A stretch of DNA of 63,175 nt, counting the filler, from Guillardia theta CCMP2712 (taxonomy: Eukaryota > Protista > Cryptophyta): NCBI RefSeq assembly GCF_000315625.1. It is 4 parts of 4 records of this genome, joined end to end, with 100 filler letters (N's around TTAATTAATTAA, not from the genome) between each part and the next. Parts side by side here need not be neighbours in the genome. Positions count along the whole stretch, not along the records: positions 1 to 24,263 come from NW_005434365.1; 3 more parts are not named here. One strand, written 5' to 3'. Position 1 is the stretch's first letter; each line of letters opens with the position of its first letter. The notes under the pieces are model-generated. The model saw nothing but the letters and a program-made list of their open reading frames with translations, was not told the origin of the DNA and did not search any database. Positions 1 to 15,084 of the stretch are shown piece by piece. Both the position numbers and the translations under genes were made by a program.

Positions 1-197
1 CCCTTTCCCTCCTCCCTCCTCCCTCCTCCTCCTTCCTTCCTCCTCCTCCTCCCCTCCCCTCCTCCTCTCTCCCTCCTCCTCGCCTCCCCCTCTCCTCTCC
101 CCTCCCCCCCTCCCTCCCCTCCTCCCCTCCCCTCCTCCTCTCCCTCCTCCTCTCCTTTCCTCTCCTCTCCTCCTCTCTCCTCTCATTGTTCGCTCAG

Positions 198-245
198 GCT
201 CTCGCCAAGGCTCTCGAGACTTTCCAGGAGCTCCGCGCGTCATAG
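198..245 (+). CDS. Probable terminal exon of a gene starting upstream of the window (ALAKALETFQELRAS*)
   Basis: A long polypyrimidine tract (1-190) ends in an acceptor ...gctcAG at 196-197, followed by 15 codons and TAG. Confidence 0.5.
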   Translation, partial: ALAKALETFQELRAS

Positions 246-1104
246 CGACCGCACGTCTCAGTCTAAAGTAAACTGAACGCTGCGGAGATCATCGCCCTCC
301 GTCCCTTAACTCATCGCCCTCAGTCCCTGCCTCAGTCCACCCAGAAGCTGTTTGATACCAGTTCGATACCAGGTTTCAACTTGATGTGATACCAAGCACC
401 TAGCCTAGTAGGCTAGTAGTACCGTAGCTCTGAGAGCTCAGTACTGCCTGTGACACTAGTGACTAGTGGCGAGTCACTGAGTCAACCCGGAAGCTCCGGA
501 AGCTCGAGTCCGACCGTCCGACTCACTTCCGACTGCCGCGGCGCCGTCACGAAGTAACTGTCCGGCAATAACTGCCAATACCGTTGTACCTTAACGGCCG
601 CTGAGGAATAACGGCAGCACTGCCCTGAATAACGGAGCCGGTAACGGAGCGAGGATGTTGGGTATGAGGGCGATGACACAACTGGGAACCCTGGAAGTTG
701 ACTGAACTTACAGGTACTGGAGGGGGCCAACCGAAAATGGGGCAATCGCCGATTAACTCTTTGAGAGGGGTGGGTGGTATAAGGGAGGAATGGGGGGTAG
801 AGGGGTCCATCCGAGGGCGAGCGAGTAGGCACATGCGGCGCGTTAACTTTTTGTGGAGGTGGGTCCTACCGGTACTTTTTAGTAGATTTGAGGGGTAAAG
901 GGGTACTGAGTTCTTGTTGCAATCAGATTCAAATACCCGCACGGCCCCAGCTCTTCCCTCCCCTCCCCTGCCCTCCCCTCCCCTCCGCGGCTTCCGCCCT
1001 CCCGCAGCCCTACAGCCTGTTTGCCTCCTCCCTCCATCCCTCTCTCCCTCCCTCCTTGTCAGTCCAGGAAACAGCCATCGCTGCTCTAGCGCTTTCATTT
1101 CAAG

Positions 1105-3129
1105 ATGGCGCCGCATCCATTGGATCAGTTCGGTATCAACCCGGAAGCCTTGCTGGCATCGACTATGTCTACGGCTACCTTCAGCCTCCCGAAGAGCAAG
1201 TGCTCGTCACCATGCTTGAAATCTTCCCAGTTCAAAGTTAGGGCTCTCAACGATACATCAAACAAGCTTATACTTGCTTGGGTTGACTTCAAGGGAAGAT
1301 TTGTGCCGTCGGCAGTGGTCGAGCCGAGTGAGCCCGTAGAGCTCCAGTCATATCCGGGACATCAGTGGGTCGTGTTTGAGATGAACCAGGGTAACACCCA
1401 AATCTCGGCTGCTGTGGTGTTCGACACTGGTGGATACATTCAGCTTTCTCAAGTTCTGTCCAAGTTCAAAGAGGCGCTGCAGGCGAGCAGCACAGCCTCC
1501 AACGAAGAGAATGCCACAATCACCAACATGTATCCTGAGACCTTGAACCTTGGCATGGAGTACTGCGAGGCGATCAAAGAGAACCAGGTCATCGGCTTCA
1601 ACATCCACGACTGCAACCGCATGGTGGTCAGCAAGTGGCGTGAGGTGGAGGAGCCTTACATTGAGAGCCTGAAGCGGCTGACCAAGAGTATGTCCTCCAA
1701 CATCAAGATGGTGGAGCTCTTTGCTCAGAAGGCTGAGAAGATTCAGGACAGCGAGGATGGCGGGGGCGACGCAGTGAGCGTGAAACTGTCAGACCCTATT
1801 GAAATGGAGAAGGAAAAGAAGAAGATGAAGGTGGTCAGCTCCTACAAGAACCAAGCTGATCAGTCAAGCTACTTCATGTCAGAATGGATCCGGACCCTCA
1901 GCCACTGGAGCTTCCAAGAGAACGTTCTTGGACTTGGTTTCAAGCATGAAACCGTGTTCCTTTTCCTGCCCGCTCATCTTGTGTTCATTGCCTTGCTGTG
2001 GGTCTGCGCAGCACTCCAGTCCAACACCGTCGCAAGCCCAGAAGCCCGCGCCCCCAACGCAGGAATCAACAACAAGTGAGTATTCCATCACCGTGATGTC
2101 TGTCTCTTGACGCTGACTTCTCTTTTGTCAGCCTTGTAAATACACTCATCGTGCAGATAGTGCAGGCTTTCATCGCAGGCCCCATGGCGATCTACGGTCT
2201 CCGCCCCATCCATCCCACGGGGAAGAGGATGAAGCGAGAGGCCTGGAAGCAATGGTTCCTGGTCGGAGAGATCAGCTTGAAATGGCAGAAGATCGTGTTC
2301 CGCGTCACCGTCTTCGTGTGGTTCCTTGCGTTCGTCGGGCTGGCAGCGCAGGCTCACTGCACTGCCATCACGGGCATCCAGTCAGCCGCCCTCAGCTGCC
2401 AGACGCAGTCTTCCAGCCCTCCCACCTGCTCTCCCTTCGAGCTTGCCATGTGCTGCGACGACGCTACCAAGGCGAAGGACTTGGCGACTGTAGGTGATGT
2501 GCATGCTGTGACGAGACTCCTGAGGTTCCTGGCAGAGCTGCTCCTCCTCCTCCTCCGTCCAGCCCTCCGCCGTCTGCGAAAAGGACACCAAAATGACCTG
2601 CGTGCTTGCTTGGATCCTTCCGGCTGTCGCTGCGATACTGTGAGGGCACAGAGCTGTCGCTGCCTCTCGCTGACTCGCTGGCAGGGAGAGCATCGTCGCT
2701 ATCTTCTTGCTGGTGTGGTGGCGCCCGAACCTCCCTAGCCTCAAGAGAACGATCCGGCGGCCCAACGAGACCATCAGGCCGAGCCTCGCGCCGGAGATTC
2801 GGTTGCCCAACGAGGTCGGGAAGAAGGTCTTTCATGCTTGGAGTGTGGTCATTCACGGTCACGGGCCCATGTTCCCCATCCGGGTGACCCTTCCCAAGGA
2901 CGCAGCTTACAACGCCCACAAGAACTTCATGGGCTTGCGGGAGCAGGTGATCCTGAGCCAGGCCAAGGAGCACTGCCGGCACTGCAGCCACAAGAGTGGA
3001 GGCCTCTTCTCAGGCACGTGCAAACACAAGGCTGAAGGCCCCAACAAGGACCTGATCCCACCACGAGGACGCGGGAGCTGGAAGAAGTCCTGGGCTTTCA
3101 AGTGGAAGTTTGGTCTCAACGAAGCCTGA
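1105..3129 (+). CDS. Multi-exon membrane protein with an N-terminal VHL beta-like domain
   Basis: VRALNDTSNKLILAWVDFKGRFVPSAVVEPSEPVELQSYPGHQWVVFE follows the VHL beta pattern (N.S...W..F.G.......PG....SY.GH.W). GT-AG introns near 2074-2130, 2490-2524 and 2640-2684 join ORFs 1105, 2151 and 2707. There are about 4 hydrophobic segments and a Cys-rich loop. Confidence 0.7.
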
Positions 3130-5381
3130 GTATCATAAGGCACCGTGACCGTACAGGCTCAGTGCTGACAGGCCGCGCGGCCCAGGCAGTCCGTCGGTCA
3201 GTCTGAGCCTCGGACTCGAGCCGCTCGGAACTTGCTGCCCCCCGTGTCCGATCAGCCTGCCAGAGCAATGTTTCGGAGTCCGACTAGCCTTGAAGTAGGC
3301 TACTTACAAGTTCAAGTTCAAGATGTCACTATATTATATCAGTCTCAGTCACGATCTTGTTGTCACAGTGTCACTACTCTGAGTGTCTCGCGATCCGATG
3401 ATCGCAGCCGGGCAGTAGGCTTACCGTACAGTGCGCCGCCTCAGTGACTGTAACTAGTAACTAGTAAGCCTCCCGGGGCCGGGGTCCGCCCACGGGGGCC
3501 GCCGCGCCGCGGCTGCGGTCGCGCGCCGCTCCGATGCTCGCCAGCGCCGCCGCCGACTCCGCCGCGGCCCGGGACTCGCCGGGCCGGCCCCCGAGTCGAT
3601 CGCCGACTTCAACGGCAACTTCGGAACTTTTCAGTGTTCGTGGCGGCCCGCCGGCCTCAACTGAAAGTTGATCCGACGCCCCGGGGGTCCGCTGAATGAT
3701 CCGATAGTATGAGTAACTTTACTCAAACGGTAGCTCAGTCAGTGAGTTGTACTCCTGATTGTCCTCCTACTGATTCTTAACTTAACTTTGAGTAAACAAA
3801 GTTTATTAGTACCCACCACCCGTCGGGGAGAAGTACCGGTCCGAGGCCGAAATTCGGAATTATGTAACCGGCAGCCTTTACACCGCACGTGATTCTTGTG
3901 GTACGATTTGGTCCTAGTATTGTTCTATGAAGGTCCTAGAGACATACACAAGGGCCTCAAAACATCAAAGGTAGGGTAATAACTCTAGGTTGCAGGGAGG
4001 TCCGAGGAATACCTTAGGGCCTATTGATTAAATGGTTTTAAATCAAGCGATTGATCTAAAAATATTCTTAAAATGATTATAGTTCGTAGGTGCATCCAAC
4101 TTGGGTCCTAGGAAATCATAGGATCTGAAACTGGACGGAGTGCTATAGTCCTATACATACAGGGTGGTCGAAGGGGTAGGTGGTGGGGGTGGGGGAGTCT
4201 AGTCTACGCCTGTGGTGTAGGGGTATATCGAGGGGTCTCATTCTGGTGACCCGGTGGGTACTTTGAGTAATGAAGGGGTTAAAAACTTACTTCCCAGGGG
4301 TGGGTAGTGACAACCAGTGACAAAGCTATGGGTGGTTAGGAAGGGATCTGAGGGGGTAGGTCCTACAGGAGGTGGGGTAGGTCACAGAAGAGAGGGGGTA
4401 GGGGTAAAGATGAAAAGAAGACATTATGAACAGGGTGGGTCCAAGGTATTGTTGTGGGGGTACTGCTACTTTTTGTTGGGCATGGAAGCAAGTAGACCAG
4501 GTAGGGTCATGTACGGATGAGTAGGGGGTGCAACAAGTCAAAACTGCGGTTCTGATACGGGTGGGGCTATATAGGGGTGGGTCCTGTGTCAGGGGTAGTT
4601 TACAAGGGGATGGGGGTAGGGGTCAACGTGGTTTAGGCCAAGTGAACCATCAAAACAACGGAGAAAAATATTTCAAAGAGGGTGGACTTCATTGGTACTA
4701 TTGAAAATACGATGTACATAACATAAAATTTGCAAGTCAAAATAAAATACGACAATATAATTTTGAAATACTCATACCGAAATGTTATTAAAACATTTTT
4801 TTCGCTGAACCCCTCTGGAAGCCAGGGTTTTCAGATTGATTTTGCCTTGCATCTCTAGTCAGATTTGTGGGCTACATGAAAATATTTCACCGAAACAGAA
4901 ACAAGTTTGAAATTACATCGACAGATTCTACCAACCCATTGAGAACACGAACCATCGCAACTTGGCGTGCGCCTCTGTGGAAATGGCGGGAGGGGAAAAT
5001 GGCATGCTGGGTGTTGACAAACTGGAAGGTGCAGGAGAGGAGAAAATGAAGTAGCGCAGACTGATCCATGAACAAGTTATAGCATGATCCCCGCTCTTAG
5101 CATGCTCTGAGTGATTTATGTGGTTTTGCACTCTTGGCGAAATGGCAGCGAAACAGGCGGCCGCATTGGAGATTGAAGTGATTTGTTGGGCGAGAATGAG
5201 GGGAAGGACGTGTCGTGCTAGAGCATGATTCATGTAGAATCAAGTAGCGGGGAGTATAGAAAAGATTCTTTCTTGTATGAGTGGTGTATTGCCGCCTTTG
5301 GCTAGTGTGCATGTTTTCCCTGGTGAGTGACTCGTTGGTACAGGCTGAGATTGGAAGTTTTGAGCGCCTAGAGAGAAAAAG

Positions 5382-7580
5382 ATGTCGGGTCCTCTGGACG
5401 AAATCAGCAAGAGAGACAGTGGGCGTGTGGAGGACGAGCCTGGACTGATGGGGAAGGCCGAATCGGATGAGATGCAAGCGAACATTGCTCGCTTCAATGG
5501 CGATAACAGGAACGCTGTGATCAACGTTGGAGGCCCATCCACCCGTGCTGTGCATGGGGGGGAGAGACAGAAGGGTGGCATGAAGGCTCGAGCCACCTTG
5601 GATGCTCTTGCAACCCCTATCGTGCAGACAGCCACTTTTACATTTCGCAACACGGCTGAGATTGTTGCATACAACGAGGGCACTTACGAGTCATTCGAGT
5701 ATGGGCGCTATGGTAATCCCACTGTGCGCGCCTTGGAAGAGAAGATCATGGCGCTTGAGAATGCTGAAGATGCTCTTGTCTCATCTTCGGGTATGAATGC
5801 TGTTACCACCATGTTGTTGGCCCTCGTGGATCAAAATGGACATGTCGTCTCGACTACGGATTGCTATCGTCGTACGAGACAGTTTGTGACAACAGTCTTG
5901 CCAAAGATGGGGGTTAAGCTGACTGTGATTGATCCTGCTGATGTTGACGAGTTGGAGCGTATCCTGTCAACCCAGGGCGCTACCCTCTTCTTCTCTGAGC
6001 AAATCACCAACCCCTTGTGCAGGGTGATCGACACTGAGAGGATTGCCGCGCTGTGCAAGGCTCACAACTGCATTTGCTGTATTGATACAACCTTTGCTAC
6101 CCCTGTGAACCACAGGCCTATTGATATTGGATCCGACCTGGTCTTGCACAGTGGTACCAAGTACCTTGCCGGTCACAATGACGTGATGTGTGGAGTTTTG
6201 GCTGGAAAGAAAGAGTACATTGACAAAGTCAGGAAGTTGCACGGTGTCCTGGGTGGTGTCTGCGATCCGCATGCTGCTTACATGGTTCTCCGGGGATTGA
6301 AGACCTTGTCTCTGCGCGTTGAACAGCAAAATCGAACTGCTGAGGCTTTGGCGAAATTTCTCGACACTCATCCGTGCGTTGAGAAAGTTCATTATCCTGT
6401 CCTTCCGCACCATCGGGATCATGCAGTTGCATCTCGCAAGTCGATGTTTGCCAAGGGCTTTGGTGGTGTTTTGTCTTTTGAAATCCGTGGTGACGGCAAT
6501 CCCTGGTCACAAGACACTTTCGATGCCACAGCAAGGTATCAAGAAATTTGCTTTTCCTGTGGAGGATAACTTTTCGATCTCCATTTAGATTTATTGATGC
6601 GCTCAAGATTCCTTACATTGGACCCTCGCTGGGTGGTGTGGAGACTCTTGTTGAGCAGGTTTGTATTATGAGCGCAATGTTGATTGTAGGTTGATCTGCA
6701 TGACAGGTCAGAGTTGTAGGCTACTACGATCAGCCTCTGGAAGTTAGACAGCGCTTGAGTATCACAAATGGCTTGGTCCGATTTGCTTGTGGTATCGAGG
6801 ACACTGCAGACCTTATCGCCGACGTCGAGCAGGTGTCGATGCTGGCGATAGGCAGGGGTTGAGTCTCACTCGATACGTGACAGGCACTGACATACGTGAA
6901 GCCCGGATCTGTCGTGCACCACGAGATGGAACCTCCCATGCCCAAGGGTGATGGCGAGGAGGACCCGTGAGTGAAATAATGTCTGCAGCTTCCTGCCTCA
7001 CTGGTGCTGATGCAGTCACGAATGGATGAGAAAGACGATCATGGAGCTTCCGGATCTTCGCAGGCCGATCACTGTCCAGGCTGACACGACTTGCTCGGTG
7101 GCAGTGAATGTCATGAAAGCCAACGGCATTGATCAGCTCCCAGTGGTCCAGCCATTCCCGGTGATAGATGATGTTGATCGTCTCGTGGCCTAATTGGGTT
7201 TTCCTCAGGGTGGTGTCGAGGGTGAAGAGGAAGTGCTTGCAGTGCTTTCCATGGCTTCTCTGTCTCGTGTTATGCTCCAGAAGCCCGACATCTTCGATTC
7301 TCCTTGCTTTCCTTTCGCGTCTACCAAGGTAAGCCAGCCTTGTCGCCTCATCTTTCCATGCTGACGAAGTTGTTAGTTTGTTGTTGTGGAGCCAACTGCA
7401 ACGCTTGAAGAAGTTGCCGATGCCTTGAATGCATACACTGACCGCCGCACGGGCGACATGGGTTGCGTCATCGTTGCGGAGAATCGGGGAGGCAAGAGAC
7501 TCCTTCGCAACATCGTATCGCGGGTGGACGTGTTGGCGTTCGAGACAGACAGCCTGCATAAGAGGCAGACCAAGCATTGA
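5382..7580 (+). CDS. CGS1: Cystathionine gamma-synthase (Cys/Met metabolism PLP enzyme) with a C-terminal CBS-domain pair
   Basis: Plant CGS-like motifs: [46 protein letters not shown] lysine [21 protein letters not shown]. Later exons give [27 protein letters not shown] and then a CBS-like [43 protein letters not shown]. Confidence 0.88.
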
Positions 7581-7895
7581 GGGCTGTCTCGTGTGTTTTA
7601 CTGCAGACGTGGGTTGGCTCTGCTTAGGCTCGGCGGTTCTTTATGTGGCAGCTGTCCTCGTGGGGTAGAGCGAGGTAGCCGGCGCGCGAGATCAGAAGTC
7701 GAACGTTGGTCGGTCTAATCTTCTACTCTGCTTGTTGCCAAGTTGTACTCAATAAACGATGCTGAAGCATTGCCAATTTTGGTCAAAGTTGAATCCTCCG
7801 AGGCAGTCCGAGGGCCGTACACTCAGCCCCGGGCCGCCCTGCGGGCCGCCGGAGAGGAGGGAAGGGTTGGCCCGCTTCTTGGACCTGCTACGGCA

Positions 7896-9444
7896 ATGGC
7901 GAGCCGGATGAGGTTGGAGAGGGAGGAGGACGAGCTGGAGCCGCAGAGAGCGTTGGAAGTGGAAGTGAGATGAACATGCTCGCATGCCGCTCTCTCTCTC
8001 TCTCTCGCCCCATGCTCTCCCTCCCCTCGCTCTTGCTCTTACCTTGCCTTCCTCTTTCTTGCTCTGTTCCTTTCCCTCCTCTTGCCCGCACGTGTGTTGG
8101 TCTTCTTCACGTCTTCTATTCGCTTGATGGGAAGGATCATGAGTCACTCTGTGCAACAGGATGACTCAGACGACGATTGGGAGGAGGAGCAGGAGGGGAC
8201 TGCTGCTGCTACTGCACAAGAATACCTCAGGAGGGTTCGGAGGGAGGCCAAGAGAATGGGAGATATCATAACAAGACCGCGAATGCAGGAGCAGGGGAAA
8301 GAGCAAGATACTCATTATGCACAAGGTGACTATCCTTCCTCCTCTCAATCCCTCCCTCCCTCCCTCCCTCCATCACCTCCCTCCCTCCCTCCATCACCTC
8401 CTCCCTCCCTGTATCACTTCCCCCCCCCTCCACTTCTTGGACACTTTTCAGATGGCCTGACGTTTCTTCCTTCCCCCCCTTCCTTGCTAAATGTCAATCT
8501 CTCACGTTGCTATATTCGTTCAACCGCCACTCCTCCACCATCTTCACTTCCAAAACCTTCCCCTCCAACATGTTCTCGGATTGTCACGTTGGGCTTTCTC
8601 CTCCTCCCCTCTTCCCTCTCCTCTTCCCTCCCCTCCCCTCCCCTCCTCTTCTCTCCTCTCCTCTCCTCTCCTCTCCTCTCCCCCCTCTCTTCCCCTCTCC
8701 TCTCCTCTCCTCTCCTCTCCCCCCTCTCTTCCCCTCTCCTCTCCTCTCCTGATCTCCTTGCCTTCTCATCATTGTCCCTCCCTGATGTCTGCTTCGCCAG
8801 GAGCTGTAGAGGTAACAGCGCAAGACGACTTTGCGTCATGCAGGGAGGAACTCATACCGTCCGTCCGCTGGGAGCGAGTCTACCTGCGCTACTTCACGCG
8901 GCTGCACGAGATTGTGGATGGGAAGAGGGAGGAGAGGAGGGGCACGGCAGGCTGGAAGCCGATGCCTCCACTTGTAACGGCAGAGGAAGGTTGGGCAGCC
9001 AAGTGCCACGAGGAGGAGGGAGAGGAGCCTTCACTGAAGCAGATGCTGTTCCTCGATGCTCGAAGTCTGCTGAGGATGCTGTGGGCCTTCTCTTCCTTCC
9101 TTGAGGGGGTGGAAGAGGAAGAGGCGAGGAGGCGCCTGCTGCGAGGGCGAGGAGGCGCCTGGCTGTTTGCCATGCTGGTGTTTGTTGAGAAGCCCTGCGA
9201 CGCTGACACGCTGGCGGCGCTAAGGAGCATCGTGAAGACGTTGTGCAGGGTGAGGAGGGGGATGAGGGGAGAGGAGGAAGAGGTCAGTGCAGTGAACGTG
9301 CTGGTGACCATCATCGGCACTTTCTACGGCCAGTTGCCTGTGAGACCCGAGGTATACGAGGAGGAGGAGTGGGAGGAGGAGGAGTGGGAGGAGGAGGAGG
9401 AGGGAGAGAGAGAGAACACGGGGAAGGAGGAGGAGACAAAGTGA
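7896..9444 (+). CDS. GEMIN2: Gemin2 / SMN-interacting protein 1
   Basis: TAQEYLRRVRREA near the N-terminus, and GAWLFAMLVFVEKPCDADTLAALRSIVKTLCRVR...VNVLVTIIGTFYGQ near the C-terminus, match the Gemin2 signature. Introns are CT-rich. Confidence 0.85.
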
Positions 9445-9641
9445 GTGAGAGGAGGAGCAGGAGGAGCATTGATCATATCCTTTAAACTATCCAGAACTTA
9501 CAACCTCCTTTACCTCCTCCCAAGTACCCTTTCTCTCTCCTCCTCCTCGCTCCTTTTGCTCCCCTCCCCCCCATGTGATCATAAGCGCCATCACATTTCA
9601 ATCCCTCGCCGCAGGAGCTGCCAACTTTTCCTCCACCTTCT

Positions 9642-12363
<2,722 letters not shown>

Positions 12364-14177
12364 CCTCCCTTCCAGGTGGTGCAGTGAGTACGTTGGGTGC
12401 GCGTGACCAGGTCTTGCGATGCTCCACCAGACTGTCATGACCAGTCAGAACATGCGCCAGTAACTAGCTCGACCGCCCTTGCACTACATCCCTTCCTCGC
12501 CTACTCAATCCTCCATGCTCTCGGGCTCTGCTGATCGCCCCCCTGTACGAATCTCCCCTCAACTGCCACTGCGACGCTCTTGCAAGAGCATGCTAAGGCC
12601 CACCTACAGTTGGCAGCTAGCATACATCTTCGTTCCGCGGATCTCTCCTCACTCATCCCTCCTGTCCTGCTCTTTTTTTCTTGGGATCTTGAGGGATACA
12701 AGCAGAGTTTCAACTCTGACCCCACCATTCCTGCATAACTTCGGACCTCCTCCTCCTCTACTCGAACTTGACCCTCGTCATCGCACCATCTCCTCAACTT
12801 ATTGTTTCTTCTACCTCAAGATCCCTGCTATCGTCACCTTCACGCTCTCTTATGATTCACACAGTGACCTCCGCGGGCAACTGCGCTAGCTCCGCTCCTC
12901 CGTTCCTCCGCTCTTCCGCTCATCTCCCCCCCACCCACATCCTCCTCATCCTACTCGATGTTCATGATACTCATTGTGATCTCTATTCTTCTTCTCCCCC
13001 CTCTTCTTCTCCTCGTCCCCTCGTCCTCTCTTCCTCTTTCCACAATCACGCCATGTTGGCGTAAGATTTCCCACAGGCTGCTATAGGTCTACCCTACCCT
13101 CTGATGTCATCCATATTTTGGGGTGAAGACCAGGGTGGGTGGCTATACCCTACCAGGAATGTATGAAGAAAATCAGATATGAAAGAGAGGGTACTTGATC
13201 CCATTGGATCAATGACCCCACCCAAGTCAACGTTCAAGTGATCATTGGGGAAAGGTGGGGTGTGGACAAAATATCCCCACCCCCTTAACAAGGATATTAT
13301 GAGCCAAAATTTCGGGGTAGGGGTGGACGAGGGGTAGTCCTCCCACGGGCTTGAAGGGATTGAGTGATCTGGGGAAGGGTAGGGTACTATTCAGAGGATA
13401 GGTAGGGTTAATATTTATCGATATCCCATGAAAATGATATCAAAAGTACCGGTGTTGGATTAACCCCCTACCCCTATGCTTCAAGTACCCACCGTGTATT
13501 TCCCATGTCCCTGCGTTCGAATCCTGACTACCCCCCAACCATGACATACCCTAATCTACACATACCCCCCTGTTCTAGGAAATATGCTTGGAAAAGAGAG
13601 GTAGTGGTATATACCCCTACCCCTTATTTTCCATTTGAAACGACGGGCTCAGCAGCTACACCCCTTGCCATGGACATGCGGGGGGAGGAGGTCCACCATC
13701 GTTTGCACCCTACCCAACAAAGCTACAAACAGTACCCTACAATCGACTACCCCTACTCTTGACCTTGATATACCCACCTTTTGTACCACTTGCAATGCTG
13801 TAGAGTAGAGTACCCCTAGATGCTATGTGGCAGGGCTCTAGCAGGGGTAGGGTAGACCCGCCGCTCACCCCCACTTGCCATCGAAAGGTCATGGGGTACA
13901 GTGGCGGGGCGCATGGACTGATGAGGGTAGGGTCCTTTACCACACCGGTGTATTTTCCAGATTCCTCCAGTATGAACACTGGGTGGGGTAGTTTGATGAC
14001 TAAAATCTGAATTAAGATCTTTTCGAGCGCGAGATCGAGATCTCCGTACCAGCAACAAGGGAGCCACGAAACGTGGTACTGTTTTAAATTACTTCTAAAG
14101 ACCGTCAGGGTCTTTAAAAATAGTTTTTGTACTCCTCAAGTTGCCCCCCGCAGCTGTAAGGCGTCGTGGAAGGCGAC

Positions 14178-14393
14178 GTAGCCCGAATGGTAGCCCCATA
14201 GAGCAGTAGCCCCATAGAGCGGTAGCCCCATAGAGCAGTAGCCCCATAGAGCAGTAGCCCCATAGAGCGGTAGCCCCATCAGAGTGGTAGCCCCATCAGA
14301 GCGGTAGCCCCATAGAATGGTAGCCATCAGAGTGGTACGGTAGCCAGAGTGGTAGCCCCATCAGAGTGGTAGCCCCATCAGAGTGGTAGCCCC
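14178..14393. repeat. Tandem minisatellite, 16-17 bp unit GTAGCCCCAT(C)AGAG(C/T)G, about 13 copies, abutting the 5' LTR
   Basis: The repeated unit is directly visible. Confidence 0.9.
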
Positions 14394-14874
14394 TCAGGTT
14401 CTGACAAACCTCTCAGAAGTTCTTTCAGACGCGATAAGTTCAAGGGATGCGTCTAATCAGGTTGTGAACCAAGTGAAGCCTGCAGGTCCAAGCTAGTGGG
14501 CTGGAGCTTAGTCTGTGACTTAGAAGATCCGGTTGGTTGGAGCCTGGGGAAGCTGAGGCGGCGCCGGAGGAATCAAGAGGCGCCGGCTGTCGAAGAGGCA
14601 GCACTCGTACAGTGGTGGAAGTAAGGCGGTGGTGTGTGAAGGGAAGCTGTTTGGTTGGTCTTGCTGCTACGAGTGTTGGGAATAAAGTGCTGGGGATTGT
14701 TGGGAAGTTGATCTGAGTTATCTGAGGTGTTTGGTTGGCTGTGAAAGTCATTGGTGTCTTCGTGCGCACATCATCTGTGAGTCTTGGTCTTTGGACTTAT
14801 CAGTCAGCTGTTGAGCTGTTCTACTAGTCATTCATCTGTGCACAGACTCTAGGAGTCAGGAATTGATTCCAATA
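14393..14874 (+). repeat. 5' LTR (lacks the first 8 nt present in the 3' LTR)
   Basis: Matches 20474-20955 with two substitutions found by eye. Confidence 0.9.
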
Positions 14875-15084
14875 CAAAAAGAAAATTTTCTTTTTGTATT
14901 CACGAACAAAGGAATACAAAAAGACTCTACGATAAGATTCCAAGGACAACGAGTTAAAGGGCTCTTGGTCTTTGTGCGTCGAATTGACAACGAGTTTGAA
15001 GGCTCTTTAAGGCTCCTGGTTGTTGTACTGTACGCTGTTACTCATTTTTTTTGGAACGGTATTGGTAACTCCAAGTTGACGATC

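Noticed and set aside
14178-14393. Short repeat array as CRISPR or telomeric repeat
   Set aside because: There are no spacers, and the 16-17 bp unit is not a telomere-like motif.
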